From contig JAUVNS010000014.1 of the NCBI GenBank assembly GCA_030599585.1, forward strand, positions 1 to 64,000: a stretch of 64,000 nt of DNA. Direction: 5' to 3'. Each line of letters starts with the position of its first letter. Position 1 is the first letter of the stretch. A program made the translations under genes and the position numbers. Source of the DNA: Promethearchaeota archaeon. Lineage in GTDB: Archaea; Asgardarchaeota; Lokiarchaeia; Sigyniarchaeales; SOKP01. The notes below the pieces were generated by a model. It saw only the letters and a program-made list of their open reading frames with translations. It searched no databases and was not told where the DNA came from. Shown here in pieces: positions 50,049-60,236 of the stretch.

Positions 50049-50408
50049 ATGGACGATGTGAAGGTAATACTTTCATTCATATGGGTAGCTTTAATGTTAT
50101 GTTTTTTGTTAGGTGATGTGATGCGAATATTTGCTGGAGATTTTGAACCAGGAAAATTAGAAGGTAAACCAATGTCTCAGAAAGTGTACTTGGGATTATC
50201 AATAATGATGGTGATTCCGATTCTTATGGTTGTCCTGACCCTGACATTGGATTATCCTATTAATAGCTGGGTAAACATCATCGTAGCCATTATCTTTTTT
50301 GGTTTTAATCTCATTGGAATGAGGGGTATGAAGATTTATGATAAATTTTTGATCATTGTAAGTCTTGGGTTTAATGTACTGACTGTTTGGTATGCATTTA
50401 CTTGGTGA
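50049..50408 (+). CDS. Small 4-TM membrane protein, DUF6326-like
   Basis: LS..W..LML..L.GDV, IPILMVVL, N.WVNI; 2-nt gap from MDR copy 3. Confidence 0.7.
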   Translation: MDDVKVILSFIWVALMLCFLLGDVMRIFAGDFEPGKLEGKPMSQKVYLGLSIMMVIPILMVVLTLTLDYPINSWVNIIVAIIFFGFNLIGMRGMKIYDKFLIIVSLGFNVLTVWYAFTW

Positions 50409-50527
50409 AAAAAATGGAAAAAAAAAGGTTATGATATCAACGACATCGCTCGAGTGCTAATGGTGCTCTGAAATTGTATGATAGGTAAATTCTATCATTT
50501 TTTTTACTATGAAAAAGGTGAATAAAA

Positions 50528-51028
50528 ATAAAACTATGGATAATATATAAGAACGGAATAGGATTCTCGAAGATTATTGCTGAAATGCTCCAGGATCTCT
50601 TGGAAGATTACCTTGATGTAGATGTAGGAAGGGTAAAAAAGATTGATCCTGCTTATTTGGTTGAAGAAAGGGTAGATTTTTTGATAATTGGAGATATTAT
50701 CAGTAAAGAAATCTCGAACTTGGAAATTCAAAATTGGTTGCTTAAATATGGGGAAATTACAAATATCAATAATTTCATTGTTAAAGCTATGTCAGGTTTT
50801 TATATTGCTCCTTCCGATATTAAAATCGAACCCCTCTGGGTTGAATCTCTTCAAGAGAATATAAACGCTGAAACGATTTATCCACCAATACTTCGTTTAA
50901 AGCTAAATAAAGCAGGTTTAGCATTAGAAAATAGAGCTCTTGATATAGTTAAAGAATATTCAAACGATTTTCTTGAATTTCTTATTAATAACAAAAAAAG
51001 AATAATAAAGAAGTTTATTGATGTATGA
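50528..51028 (+). CDS. Degenerate flavodoxin-fold protein; probable ATA start
   Basis: Frame extends 19 codons above ATG 50585 as IKLWIIYKNGIGFSKIIAE (beta1, loop, alpha1); AGGTGA with in-frame TGA upstream. Confidence 0.65.
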   Translation: MKLWIIYKNGIGFSKIIAEMLQDLLEDYLDVDVGRVKKIDPAYLVEERVDFLIIGDIISKEISNLEIQNWLLKYGEITNINNFIVKAMSGFYIAPSDIKIEPLWVESLQENINAETIYPPILRLKLNKAGLALENRALDIVKEYSNDFLEFLINNKKRIIKKFIDV

Positions 51029-51100
51029 TGGGCATAACCAAGAAATTTTTAATATTTTATATTAAATAAGCACCATTCTATGAAAAGGCGATGATTAATA

Positions 51101-51472
51101 ATGAGTGATTATAATAAATATTCGATTGATCTTGAGGTAAAATTTAAGCCCTTAGAGATTATTGACATCTCAACTTTAGTAGCAAGCTGTTCAAAAAAAT
51201 GGCAAAACTTATCTCTATGTAATGTTAACGATTCTGTTTTAAGACTTGCCGTCATCGAGGGAGAATTTCATTGGCACAAACACGAAAAGGAAGACGAGTT
51301 CTTTTTCGTTATAGAAGGAGAGCTTTTAATTGATTTAGAGGATAAAACAGTAAGGTTAAAGCCCAATCAAGGTTTTACAGTACCAAAGGGATTAACCCAC
51401 CGTACAAGAGCTCCAACCCGCACATCGGTTTTATTGATAGAAAAAAAAACTATCATACCAACTGGAGATTAA
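51101..51472 (+). CDS. Cupin domain protein
   Basis: GEFHWHKHEKEDEFFFV; VPKGLTHR. Confidence 0.92.
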   Translation: MSDYNKYSIDLEVKFKPLEIIDISTLVASCSKKWQNLSLCNVNDSVLRLAVIEGEFHWHKHEKEDEFFFVIEGELLIDLEDKTVRLKPNQGFTVPKGLTHRTRAPTRTSVLLIEKKTIIPTGD

Positions 51473-51700
51473 TTTTTTTCATAATTTCTATACAAGTTTA
51501 CAAAAAGGATTAAATAGGAAAGATTGAAGAAATCGAGGGTTTTTCTTACTAATTTTATATTTTATAATTTTAATACTGAATTTACTTAATCCTTAATCGT
51601 TGAGCGCTTAATCCTCTTAAGAATATTCATCGAGACATATAAATTTTCTAATTTTTATCTACTGATAATAATCCTTAGTTCCAAATAGAGGTAAAATAAT

Positions 51701-52054
51701 ATGACTGAAAGTTTAGATAAAGAAAAACCTAAGGAAATAGAAAAAGAAGAAAGCAAACCCTCGAAATTAATAGCCTACCCCCAGATATGTGCTGTTGAAA
51801 ACGATGATAGTACTGGATTTGATATAGAAGTTTTTTTACCAGGGGTTGATAAAGACACAGTTAAGCTGAAAATGGATAGTGAATACATCCAAGTTTCAGG
51901 TGAAACAGATACAGTAAAATACACAGGTTTTTATAGTTTATGTTGTCCTGTTGAACCAAAAAAAGCTAAAACGACATACAAAGAAGGGTTGCTTAAAATC
52001 CATGTTCCTTATAGGGAAATAGAAATGCATACTATAGATATTAAAATAGATTAA
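51701..52054 (+). CDS. Hsp20/alpha-crystallin family protein
   Basis: LPGVDKD, AKTTYKEGLLKIHVP, IDIKID tail. Confidence 0.88.
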   Translation: MTESLDKEKPKEIEKEESKPSKLIAYPQICAVENDDSTGFDIEVFLPGVDKDTVKLKMDSEYIQVSGETDTVKYTGFYSLCCPVEPKKAKTTYKEGLLKIHVPYREIEMHTIDIKID

Positions 52055-52104
52055 TTTTTTTTTTTATTTTTTTAAAGTTTAACTCAATTGAGAAGGTGAT
52101 ACCT

Positions 52105-52269
52105 ATATCTCGCAAGTTGGAAGAATGTATAGAAAATATTGAGAAAAAGAAGGTTATGCCTCATAAAACTAGTAATCTCCTGAAAGATATCGAGTACGAT
52201 TCTAGAGTCTTAAAAGAAGAAATATGTGAGAATTTAGATGTAGAAAATGATAAAGAGGTAAATGATTAG
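52105..52269 (+). CDS. Possible small acidic protein (54 aa from ATA; 57 aa from GTG 52096)
   Basis: AGGTGA then ISRKLEECIENIEKKKVMPHKTSNLLKDIEYDSRVLKEEICENLDVENDKEVND*. Confidence 0.4.
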   Translation: MSRKLEECIENIEKKKVMPHKTSNLLKDIEYDSRVLKEEICENLDVENDKEVND

Positions 52270-52312
52270 CATCATTGTATCATTTCTAATCAAAATTATT
52301 TTTAATTTTTTT

Positions 52313-52900
52313 TTAGGTTAAAATTTTAAGTTTCTCAAGACGGATAGAATCCGGTAATGGATTGCCAGTAAGTTTTAATGTCTCTAAGTTTTTAAAGTTA
52401 GCTAAGTTATCTATTTTTCGGATTTGATTATTTGATAAATTTAAGTGCTTGAGGTTAGGTAATCTCTCTAACCCTTCAATATTTGTAATCTGATTATTGC
52501 TCAAATCTAAACGTTGCAGGTTTTCTAAATGTTCCAGATTTTCAACTTTTCGAATTTTGTTATTATTTAGTAATAGCTCCTTCAAATTTTTTTGATGATC
52601 TAAGTGTTCAATTCTAGAAATTTGATTACCACCTAAGTCCAATTCTTCTAACTTATTAAGGGCATCTAATCCATTAATTTCTTGTAGCAAATTAGATTCT
52701 AAATGGAGTTTTCTTAAATTCACAAGAGAGTTCAATCTTTCCATCACAGCAATATTGTTCCCCTCTAAAAAAAGGCCCTTCAGATTGGAGTATTTACGTA
52801 ATTTTTTTATTTCGCTAAAGGTATTAATATCCATGTTATTTAAATAGAGATTATTGTTATTAACAAAAACTTTTTTCTTTTTTATCGTGATATATTCCAT
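52313..52900 (-). CDS. Leucine-rich repeat protein (SDS22-like 22-aa repeats)
   Basis: LxxLxLxxNxIxxIxxL repeated about 7 times. Confidence 0.92.
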   Translation of the reverse strand: MEYITIKKKKVFVNNNNLYLNNMDINTFSEIKKLRKYSNLKGLFLEGNNIAVMERLNSLVNLRKLHLESNLLQEINGLDALNKLEELDLGGNQISRIEHLDHQKNLKELLLNNNKIRKVENLEHLENLQRLDLSNNQITNIEGLERLPNLKHLNLSNNQIRKIDNLANFKNLETLKLTGNPLPDSIRLEKLKILT

Positions 52901-53027
52901 GGAATGTAGCTAGAAACACCTACTTATTAGTAAATCGAATAAAAATTATAACTAAAACGAATTATCAGTTTATAATTGAAAAGTGACATATAAAAAGTTA
53001 GATGACTCCTTCTCTAAAATGGAGTAA

Positions 53028-53618
53028 TCAAATTTTTCTGCATAATAATTCGCCTTTTCCAATAGGAACTATTAAAGCATCGACGCGTTTATCTGATAGG
53101 GCTTTGTCAATCATGGGTTTTAAGACATCATAATGATTAATTGCATTATCAGCTACTAATATGCCTCCTTTTACCATATTTGGAATAATTAAATCGTAAC
53201 ACTCATCATAAACTTCTTTTTCAGCGTCTAAAAAGCAAAAAGATATGTTTTTTTCTTCTTTTAAAAAATCCCGAGCATCCCCTTCTACTAGTTCAACAAA
53301 ATTTGCCATTTTACTCTCTCGAAATGTCTCTTTTGCAAGTTTTATCTTTTCTTCTAAAATTTCAAAAGTTTTTATTTTGATACCTCTCTCTATACATGCG
53401 AGCGCTATCCACATAGTAGAATAGCCTCCACTAGTACCAATTTCTAAAAATTCTCCATTAGGAGCACCAGCAGCTAAGATTGATAGGAATTTACCCGTTT
53501 CCGGAGGAATTTGACGAAGTCTTTTCATTCGAGGTGTTCTATCTACCCTATCTTTCGCGTCGATATTTTCTAAATATTTCATTCGATTTTTTACTGGTTC
53601 TGGGATGTTATGTAGCAT
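53028..53618 (-). CDS. Class I SAM-dependent O-methyltransferase
   Basis: [27 protein letters not shown]. Confidence 0.92.
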   Translation of the reverse strand: MLHNIPEPVKNRMKYLENIDAKDRVDRTPRMKRLRQIPPETGKFLSILAAGAPNGEFLEIGTSGGYSTMWIALACIERGIKIKTFEILEEKIKLAKETFRESKMANFVELVEGDARDFLKEEKNISFCFLDAEKEVYDECYDLIIPNMVKGGILVADNAINHYDVLKPMIDKALSDKRVDALIVPIGKGELLCRKI

Positions 53619-53800
53619 TTGATTTCAACTTCCTATTGTATTAACAATAGTATATTTAAGAAAAAATATAATGATTATCAATGCATCATAAGTTACTTCA
53701 AATGGGTTAATATTAGACAGAGCAGACCATTTTTTTCATTGAAAAATTCTTTTTAAACGAAGAAACTTATTCTAGCTTATATAAAAACAAAATTTTCAAG

Positions 53801-54997
53801 TTGAGTAAATTGAGCTTTAAAATAAAAAACAATGTATATTGGGTAGGGAAAATAGATTGGGAACTCAGAAAATTCCATGGAGATGAATATTCTACTCATC
53901 GTGGTTCCACCTACAATTCTTACCTAATTAGAGAAGAGAAAAATGTCCTGATTGACACGGTATGGATGCCTTTTTCAAAAGAATTTGTTAAAAATCTCTC
54001 AAAAGAAATTGACTTAGAAAAAATTGACTATATTATAGCTAATCATGCAGAAATAGATCATAGCGGTTCACTTCCTGAGCTTATGGAGCGCATACCAAAC
54101 ACTCCAATTTACTGTACAGCAAATGGTGTTAAGTCGTTAAAAGGCCACTATCATAAAGATTGGAATTTTAAAGTAGTAAAAACGGGGGATACATTAGATT
54201 TAGGAAACGGTAAGCAGTTGATCTTTGTAGAAATGAGAATGCTTCATTGGCCTGATAGTATGGCGTGTTATCTAACTGGAGACAATATCTTGTTTAGTAA
54301 CGATGCGTTTGGCCAACACTACGCCTCGGAATATATGTATAACGATCTCGTTGATCAAGATGAGCTATTTATGGAATGTATCAAATACTACGCTAACATT
54401 TTAACGCCTTTTAGTGCTCTCGTGGATAAAAAAATCAAAGAAGTTTTAGCTCTAAACATTCCAATAGATATTATTGCAACAAGTCATGGAGTTATCTGGA
54501 GAGACAATCCAACTCAAATTGTAGAAAAATATTTATCTTGGGCTAACGATTACCAAGAAAACCAAATTACAATATTGTACGATACAATGTGGGATGGAAC
54601 AAAAAGAATGGCGGAAGCAATTACAAAAGGAATTCGTGAAATTGATACGAATGTTAATGTTAAATTGTATCATATCGCAAAAACCGATAAAAACGATTTA
54701 ATTACAGAAATCTTTAAATCTAGGATTATTCTTGTAGGATCACCTACTATTGGTGGAGGAATTCTATCTGGTGTTGCCGAAATTTTGGAGATGATTAAAG
54801 GAATGCGGTTTAAAAACAAAAAAGCGGCGTCATTCGGTTGCTATGGATGGAGTGGAGAATCAATAAAGGTTATAAAGGAACATTTAGAAAAGAGCGGTTT
54901 TTCTGTAATTAATGACGGTGTTCGCGCTTTGTGGAACCCTGACGATGAAAGTTTGGAAAAATGCGTAGCATTCGGCAGAGAAATAGCCAATAGTTAA
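53801..54997 (+). CDS. fprA: Flavodiiron protein (FprA / A-type flavoprotein, O2/NO reductase)
   Basis: [21 protein letters not shown]; flavodoxin [16 protein letters not shown]. Confidence 0.93.
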   Translation: MSKLSFKIKNNVYWVGKIDWELRKFHGDEYSTHRGSTYNSYLIREEKNVLIDTVWMPFSKEFVKNLSKEIDLEKIDYIIANHAEIDHSGSLPELMERIPNTPIYCTANGVKSLKGHYHKDWNFKVVKTGDTLDLGNGKQLIFVEMRMLHWPDSMACYLTGDNILFSNDAFGQHYASEYMYNDLVDQDELFMECIKYYANILTPFSALVDKKIKEVLALNIPIDIIATSHGVIWRDNPTQIVEKYLSWANDYQENQITILYDTMWDGTKRMAEAITKGIREIDTNVNVKLYHIAKTDKNDLITEIFKSRIILVGSPTIGGGILSGVAEILEMIKGMRFKNKKAASFGCYGWSGESIKVIKEHLEKSGFSVINDGVRALWNPDDESLEKCVAFGREIANS

Positions 54998-55143
54998 AAA
55001 ATTTTTTTTAAATTCATTTCTACTTTTTTAATTGGATTAAGCTTTTAATATCCTTTGATCGTTCAATAGACCCGTACATGCTATATTTGTGATATACATA
55101 AATACAAATTCTAATATTATATCTTTACTTAAGGTGATCGATT

Positions 55144-55506
55144 ATCTCTAAAATTCTGGTTGTTGACGACGACCGTACTATGCTAAAGCTCTATAAGTTA
55201 TTATTAGCAGGAATGGGGGATTATTCAGTTGAATTCTTTATCAATGGCAAAGATGTCGTTGAAAATTATAGAAAGCATTCAGAAAAACCTAAAGTAATTA
55301 TTATGGACTATCGAATGCCTGTTATGAATGGACTTGATGCAATGAACGAGATATTGGAGATTGACAGAAACACTAAAATAATTTTTGCAAGTGCTGATAC
55401 TTCCATGAAAGAGCTTTCTATTTCAAAGGGGGCTACAGCTTTTCTTAGTAAGCCTTTTAAAATTGAAGAACTAATAGATTTAATCAATAAAACAATAAAA
55501 GAGTAA
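55144..55506 (+). CDS. Stand-alone receiver; true start ATC 55144 or ATT 55141
   Basis: The essential KILVVDDD lies upstream of ATG 55180; MDYRMP, FASA, KPF. Confidence 0.9.
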   Translation: MSKILVVDDDRTMLKLYKLLLAGMGDYSVEFFINGKDVVENYRKHSEKPKVIIMDYRMPVMNGLDAMNEILEIDRNTKIIFASADTSMKELSISKGATAFLSKPFKIEELIDLINKTIKE

Positions 55507-55515
55507 TTAACAAAG

Positions 55516-57426
55516 GTGTATGAAATATTGGAAAACACTCGTGATAATATTCTAAAGTTAAGAGAGTTAAAAAAAAGATACAAGTTATTTTATGAATATG
55601 CCCCACTCCCTTATCAATCTTTGGATGAAAATGCTAACATTATAGATATTAATCAAGCGTGGCTTGATTTTTTTGGATATGATAAAGAAGAAGTGATCGG
55701 GAAGTGTTTTGGCGAATTTTTAGTTCTTAAAAGTAGAGAGATGCTAAATTCAAGATTTTCGCATTTTAAAGAAGTAGGAGTAATTCAGGATGTAGAATAC
55801 GAAATTGTAAAAAAGGATGGCATTCATAGAAATATTTGGTTAGATGGAAGAATAGAATATGATAAAAACGGGAATTTTACACAAGCACATTGTTTTTTCA
55901 AGGATATTACCGATCGTAAGCGCATTGAAAATCAGCTTAGGAGTAGTAAAACTTTTCTTTCTAATGTATTTACAAGTATTCAAGACGGGATTAGCATTCT
56001 TGACAAAGACTTGAACATCATCCAAGTCAATCCAATAATGGAGCTTTGGTATTCGCATTCGATGCCAATGCTTGGTAAAAAATGTTACGAAGTATATCAC
56101 GAGAGAAATAAACCTTGTGAAATTTGCCCTTCCCTTCAAGCTCTTAGATCAGGTCAACCAGCTTACGAAATTGTTCCTAAAACAGGACCTAAGCAAAAAA
56201 TTACTGGCTGGTTGGATCTCTATTCATTCCCTCTACTTGACGAAGAAGGAGGGCAGATTATTGGAGTAATTGAATACGTGAGAGATATATCTGAACGTAT
56301 GAAGGCAGAACAAAGATTAAGAGATTCTGAGGTAAAATATAAATATCTCTTTGAAAACGCTCAAGTAGGATTATATTGGTCCAGAATTAGCGATGGAAAA
56401 TTTATAGAATGTAATGAGATTTTTGCTAAATTGCTTGGATATGGAACACGAGAAGAATTATTAGAAGATTATATTGCTACTGAACATTACGTTTATCCAA
56501 CCAAGCGCAACGAGATGCTAGATGCGATCCGGAAAAACAAAGAAATTAGAGATAGTGAAATTCTAGTCACTAAAAGAGACGGTACTCCTATTTGGTTAAG
56601 TATTTCTGCTCGAATGTTTGAAAAAGAAAATAGAATTGAAGGTGCTGTCATTGATATCACCAGACGAAAGAAGACTGAACAAGAATTAAAAGAATCTGAA
56701 CTACTGTATAAAAAAGCATATGACAAAGCAGACTTCTATAAAGATTTATTAGCACATGATGTGAGCAACATTTTTAATAACATAAATGCCTCGATTCAAC
56801 TAATAGAATTATGGAAAGAAGATTCTGAAGTATTAAACAATGATGGAGATATGATTGATATCATTAAACAACAATTAGAAAAAGGTGCTTCTTTAGTTTC
56901 AAATGTGCGTAAGCACTCAGAAATAGAGGAAGGAGAGAATCTAGTAAAATCGGTTGATGTGATAGATGTAATCAATGAATCAATTAAAGATGTTCTTTCT
57001 CGATTTCATTATAGAGAAATAGAGATAAATGTTAAAAAGACTAATGAAATTCCTAATGTTAAGGGAGGGGATTTACTGATTGACGCCATTGAAAATATAT
57101 TAATAAACGGTGCTCTCCATAACGAAAGCGATACGATAAGAATGTGGGTTAATGTGTCCGAAGTTTATAAAGACGCCGAAAAATTCGTAAAGCTCGAATT
57201 TAAAGATAACGGCATTGGGATTATTGATGAGAGAAAAAAAGCAATCTTTGAAAGAAATTATAATAAAGATAAGAGTACGGGTGGAATGGGTATAGGGTTA
57301 TCGCTCGTTAAGACAATAATTAATAGTTATGATGGTCAAGTTAAGGTCGATAATAGAGTATTGGGAGATCACACAAAAGGGAGCATTTTTGTTGTCTTGT
57401 TAAAGCAATGGCAACTAATGGATTAA
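55516..57426 (+). CDS. Cytoplasmic 3xPAS histidine kinase
   Basis: LAHDVSN, NGALH, DNGIG, GMGIGL. Confidence 0.93.
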   Translation: MYEILENTRDNILKLRELKKRYKLFYEYAPLPYQSLDENANIIDINQAWLDFFGYDKEEVIGKCFGEFLVLKSREMLNSRFSHFKEVGVIQDVEYEIVKKDGIHRNIWLDGRIEYDKNGNFTQAHCFFKDITDRKRIENQLRSSKTFLSNVFTSIQDGISILDKDLNIIQVNPIMELWYSHSMPMLGKKCYEVYHERNKPCEICPSLQALRSGQPAYEIVPKTGPKQKITGWLDLYSFPLLDEEGGQIIGVIEYVRDISERMKAEQRLRDSEVKYKYLFENAQVGLYWSRISDGKFIECNEIFAKLLGYGTREELLEDYIATEHYVYPTKRNEMLDAIRKNKEIRDSEILVTKRDGTPIWLSISARMFEKENRIEGAVIDITRRKKTEQELKESELLYKKAYDKADFYKDLLAHDVSNIFNNINASIQLIELWKEDSEVLNNDGDMIDIIKQQLEKGASLVSNVRKHSEIEEGENLVKSVDVIDVINESIKDVLSRFHYREIEINVKKTNEIPNVKGGDLLIDAIENILINGALHNESDTIRMWVNVSEVYKDAEKFVKLEFKDNGIGIIDERKKAIFERNYNKDKSTGGMGIGLSLVKTIINSYDGQVKVDNRVLGDHTKGSIFVVLLKQWQLMD

Positions 57427-57533
57427 ACCTTATTGGTTTCAAATAGCTTTTTTAATTACATTTAAGCCAAAATAGAAAGAAGCAAAATTCCTTTACTGGT
57501 AAAGTTTTATTGAATAGAATATTTTCTTTATGT

Positions 57534-58175
57534 ATGTCTCAAGATATCGTACAAATTAAGCTTAGCATAGAAATACCTGAAGATAAATGGCTAGCAACTT
57601 TCAACAAAAAATATCCAGAATTGAATTTTCATATTCTATCAAACTTTCCAATCGGAGAAAACTCAGGGATCACTTCGTTCCAAATAAGGGGTTCCTCCAT
57701 AAAGCGTTTTATTTCCGATTTTAAAGAAAAATCAGCTGAACAAACTGCTCAAATTTTGTACGAAGATGAAGATCTTGTAATATTGAACGTAAAGGAAGGC
57801 GACCCATGGATATTAAATACTTTAGTGAAAACTGAGCTATTGATATCTTATCCTGTGCTAGTAAAAGGTGGTAAAATTAGAATAGAAGCTATCACAGACC
57901 GTTCAAAAGTAGATAGATTTTTAACACAGCTAAAAAAGAAAGACATAAAAGCGAAAATCGAGCGCATAGGGTATTATTATAAATCGACTCTCCTCACTCA
58001 AAGACAAAATGAAATATTAAATTTTGCATATCAAAAAGGATATTTTAACATTCCAAGAAGTGTTTCATTAAGCGAATTCGCTAAAGATTTAAGCATTTCA
58101 AAATCGGCTCTTTCTGAAACATTGAGGAGGATTTTTAAGAAATTAGCTAATAATCACATTAATTCTAGCAATTAA
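57534..58175 (+). CDS. Bacterio-opsin-activator-type HTH (HTH_10) regulator
   Basis: LTQRQNEIL..AY.KGYF..PR..SLSE.A..L.ISKS..SE.LRR; ATG 57534 preferred. Confidence 0.9.
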   Translation: MSQDIVQIKLSIEIPEDKWLATFNKKYPELNFHILSNFPIGENSGITSFQIRGSSIKRFISDFKEKSAEQTAQILYEDEDLVILNVKEGDPWILNTLVKTELLISYPVLVKGGKIRIEAITDRSKVDRFLTQLKKKDIKAKIERIGYYYKSTLLTQRQNEILNFAYQKGYFNIPRSVSLSEFAKDLSISKSALSETLRRIFKKLANNHINSSN

Positions 58176-59278
58176 ATCTGCGATAAGAGTTCTATTAAAG
58201 CCCGAGGAATCTCTTTATAGTTGTTTACAGCAAAAAATTTACCTTGTCCAACTCGAGCTATTTCTCGACAGGTATCGATCCCTCTTTCAGCATCGTTCTC
58301 AGCGGGTATTCCGATGACGTGCAGCTTAGGGTATTTCTTAGCTAAATCAAAAGGGTTTTTCCCTCTATTATAGTTTCCATCGGTGATTAAAATCCCCGAT
58401 TTATGTCTTGTTTTTTCCTTAATCTTATTTAATTCTTTTAATCCTTTTTCTAAACCAATATGAATATTAGTAAAGCCAACTGCCTCCGAATCAAGAATTT
58501 CATCTATGATTTTTATAACCGGCTTCTTCTTATCTATTTTTTTAAGAACCATAGCTGTGGAATTGAAAAGAACTATTCCATAACTTTCTTTTTCCATATT
58601 ATAAGCCAAAACGGATGTAGTTAGAGCTGCGTTAAGTAGAAGCTTCCCATACATACTCCCACTAGTGTCTAAAATCATTACAATTTTTCTCTTTTGCTTT
58701 TTTCTTTGTATTCCAAAGATATCTTTGTAAGTTAGGCTATTTTTATATATATTTAATGGGTTATGTTGAATTGTTTCATCTAAGTCAAACTCTGGAGTCC
58801 CTATCTGATAAGAAGGAGTTATTTTTTTAAAATTTCCTCTAATTCCTTTACTAGTTATTTTTAACGAGGTTTTTACTATACTTTGTCTTGCTAGTCGTCT
58901 AAAAACATGCTTGTATTTTTCTGAAATCGGTCGTCTAATAAAAAAGTAAACTTCCGCCATTGAAATTTCAGAATTTTTTGCTTTTTCTGAAAAGAATTGT
59001 ACACCTTCATCACAATCTAAAGCGTCAGTTGCGGCGTATACATTAGATTTAAGTAAACCTAGGATGGCTTCAAGATTTTTATGGGTTATTGATAAGTAAG
59101 TTAATTCCTTAATTTGTTTATAATCTAATGTATTTGCTAAATGATGATAATAATCTGGTTTTTTCTTTTGTTTTCTGATTATTTCATACCTAAGAATTTT
59201 TTCATCTGGGATTCTTTCTGTATGTCTTATGTGGAGCCTCTTATTCTCAATCTTCTCAATCTCTTCGAAATCATCGAT
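58172..59278 (-). CDS. VWA (CoxE-like) partner of MoxR ATPase; about 368 aa with probable ATC/ATA start
   Basis: MIDAS DTSGS, T, TDG; frame open 106 codons above ATG 58960 up to a TAATC overlap with the MoxR stop. Confidence 0.85.
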   Translation of the reverse strand: MDDFEEIEKIENKRLHIRHTERIPDEKILRYEIIRKQKKKPDYYHHLANTLDYKQIKELTYLSITHKNLEAILGLLKSNVYAATDALDCDEGVQFFSEKAKNSEISMAEVYFFIRRPISEKYKHVFRRLARQSIVKTSLKITSKGIRGNFKKITPSYQIGTPEFDLDETIQHNPLNIYKNSLTYKDIFGIQRKKQKRKIVMILDTSGSMYGKLLLNAALTTSVLAYNMEKESYGIVLFNSTAMVLKKIDKKKPVIKIIDEILDSEAVGFTNIHIGLEKGLKELNKIKEKTRHKSGILITDGNYNRGKNPFDLAKKYPKLHVIGIPAENDAERGIDTCREIARVGQGKFFAVNNYKEIPRALIELLSQI

Positions 59279-60171
59279 TATTGAAAATCTGATTTATTTA
59301 GAGCCGATAATACGATGTCAGCTATTATCTCTTCTTTTGAGCTAGTAACGCCATCTTCGAGTTCGACCTTATTATATAAAGCCATTATTGCAGTATTAAC
59401 CCAATTCTTTGAACTATTTATTTCTTCAGTTTTAGAAATTAGTTGTGCTAGATCAATTGCTCCTCTTATTGAACTTCCTCTCTGTATTGATCGGTTATTT
59501 CTTGAATGATGTATTATTTGTTGAGAGAGTTGTGCAATTTTTTCTCCATCTAGATTATCTAGATTAGCCTCTTGTTTAATGATAAGAACTTCTTCTTCAG
59601 AGGGTTGAAAATCCAACTTTATCCAGATAAATCTATCTTTTAAAGCTTCTCCAATGACAGTTACACCCACATGGGCGGCTGGGTTTTGAGTAGCGATCGT
59701 AAAGAATTTGCTATGAGCCTTAATTGTTTTCAATTTAGGAATTTCTAAAATACCCTCATCTAGTGCCGTTAAAAGTGAATTTTGCGTGCTTTCAGGCATC
59801 CTATTGATTTCATTTATAAAAAGACAGCCTCCTTTTAGCATAGATGAGGCCAGCGGACCGTAGATATATGAATCTTCTTGATAACCTTTTGATATCACTA
59901 AGGGGGGATCAAAATAACCGACTAAATTATGAGGTAGAGTCTCTTCAGAACAGTCTATTCGAGCAAAATCAGTATCGTAAAATGAAGAAATTGCTTTTGC
60001 TATCCTCGTTTTACCTGTTCCTACTTGGCCCTCAATGATTAAATTTTTATCTACTGACCTTGCTAGAATAATTTTTTTTAATTCCTCAGTTCTCCCAATG
60101 ATTTTATATTTACTTTGTATCTCTTTCACAATCTGAGATGCATTTAACATGTTTTTAATAATATTAAGCAA
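59278..60171 (-). CDS. MoxR-family AAA+ ATPase
   Basis: GQVGTGKT, INEINR, ATQNP, ALKDRF, SIRGA. Confidence 0.92.
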   Translation of the reverse strand: MLNIIKNMLNASQIVKEIQSKYKIIGRTEELKKIILARSVDKNLIIEGQVGTGKTRIAKAISSFYDTDFARIDCSEETLPHNLVGYFDPPLVISKGYQEDSYIYGPLASSMLKGGCLFINEINRMPESTQNSLLTALDEGILEIPKLKTIKAHSKFFTIATQNPAAHVGVTVIGEALKDRFIWIKLDFQPSEEEVLIIKQEANLDNLDGEKIAQLSQQIIHHSRNNRSIQRGSSIRGAIDLAQLISKTEEINSSKNWVNTAIMALYNKVELEDGVTSSKEEIIADIVLSALNKSDFQ

Positions 60172-60236
60172 GTAATAGAGTTTATTAAAGATTAGAAGAA
60201 TTTGTTAATAACGAAGGATTTCAATTTACCTTAATA

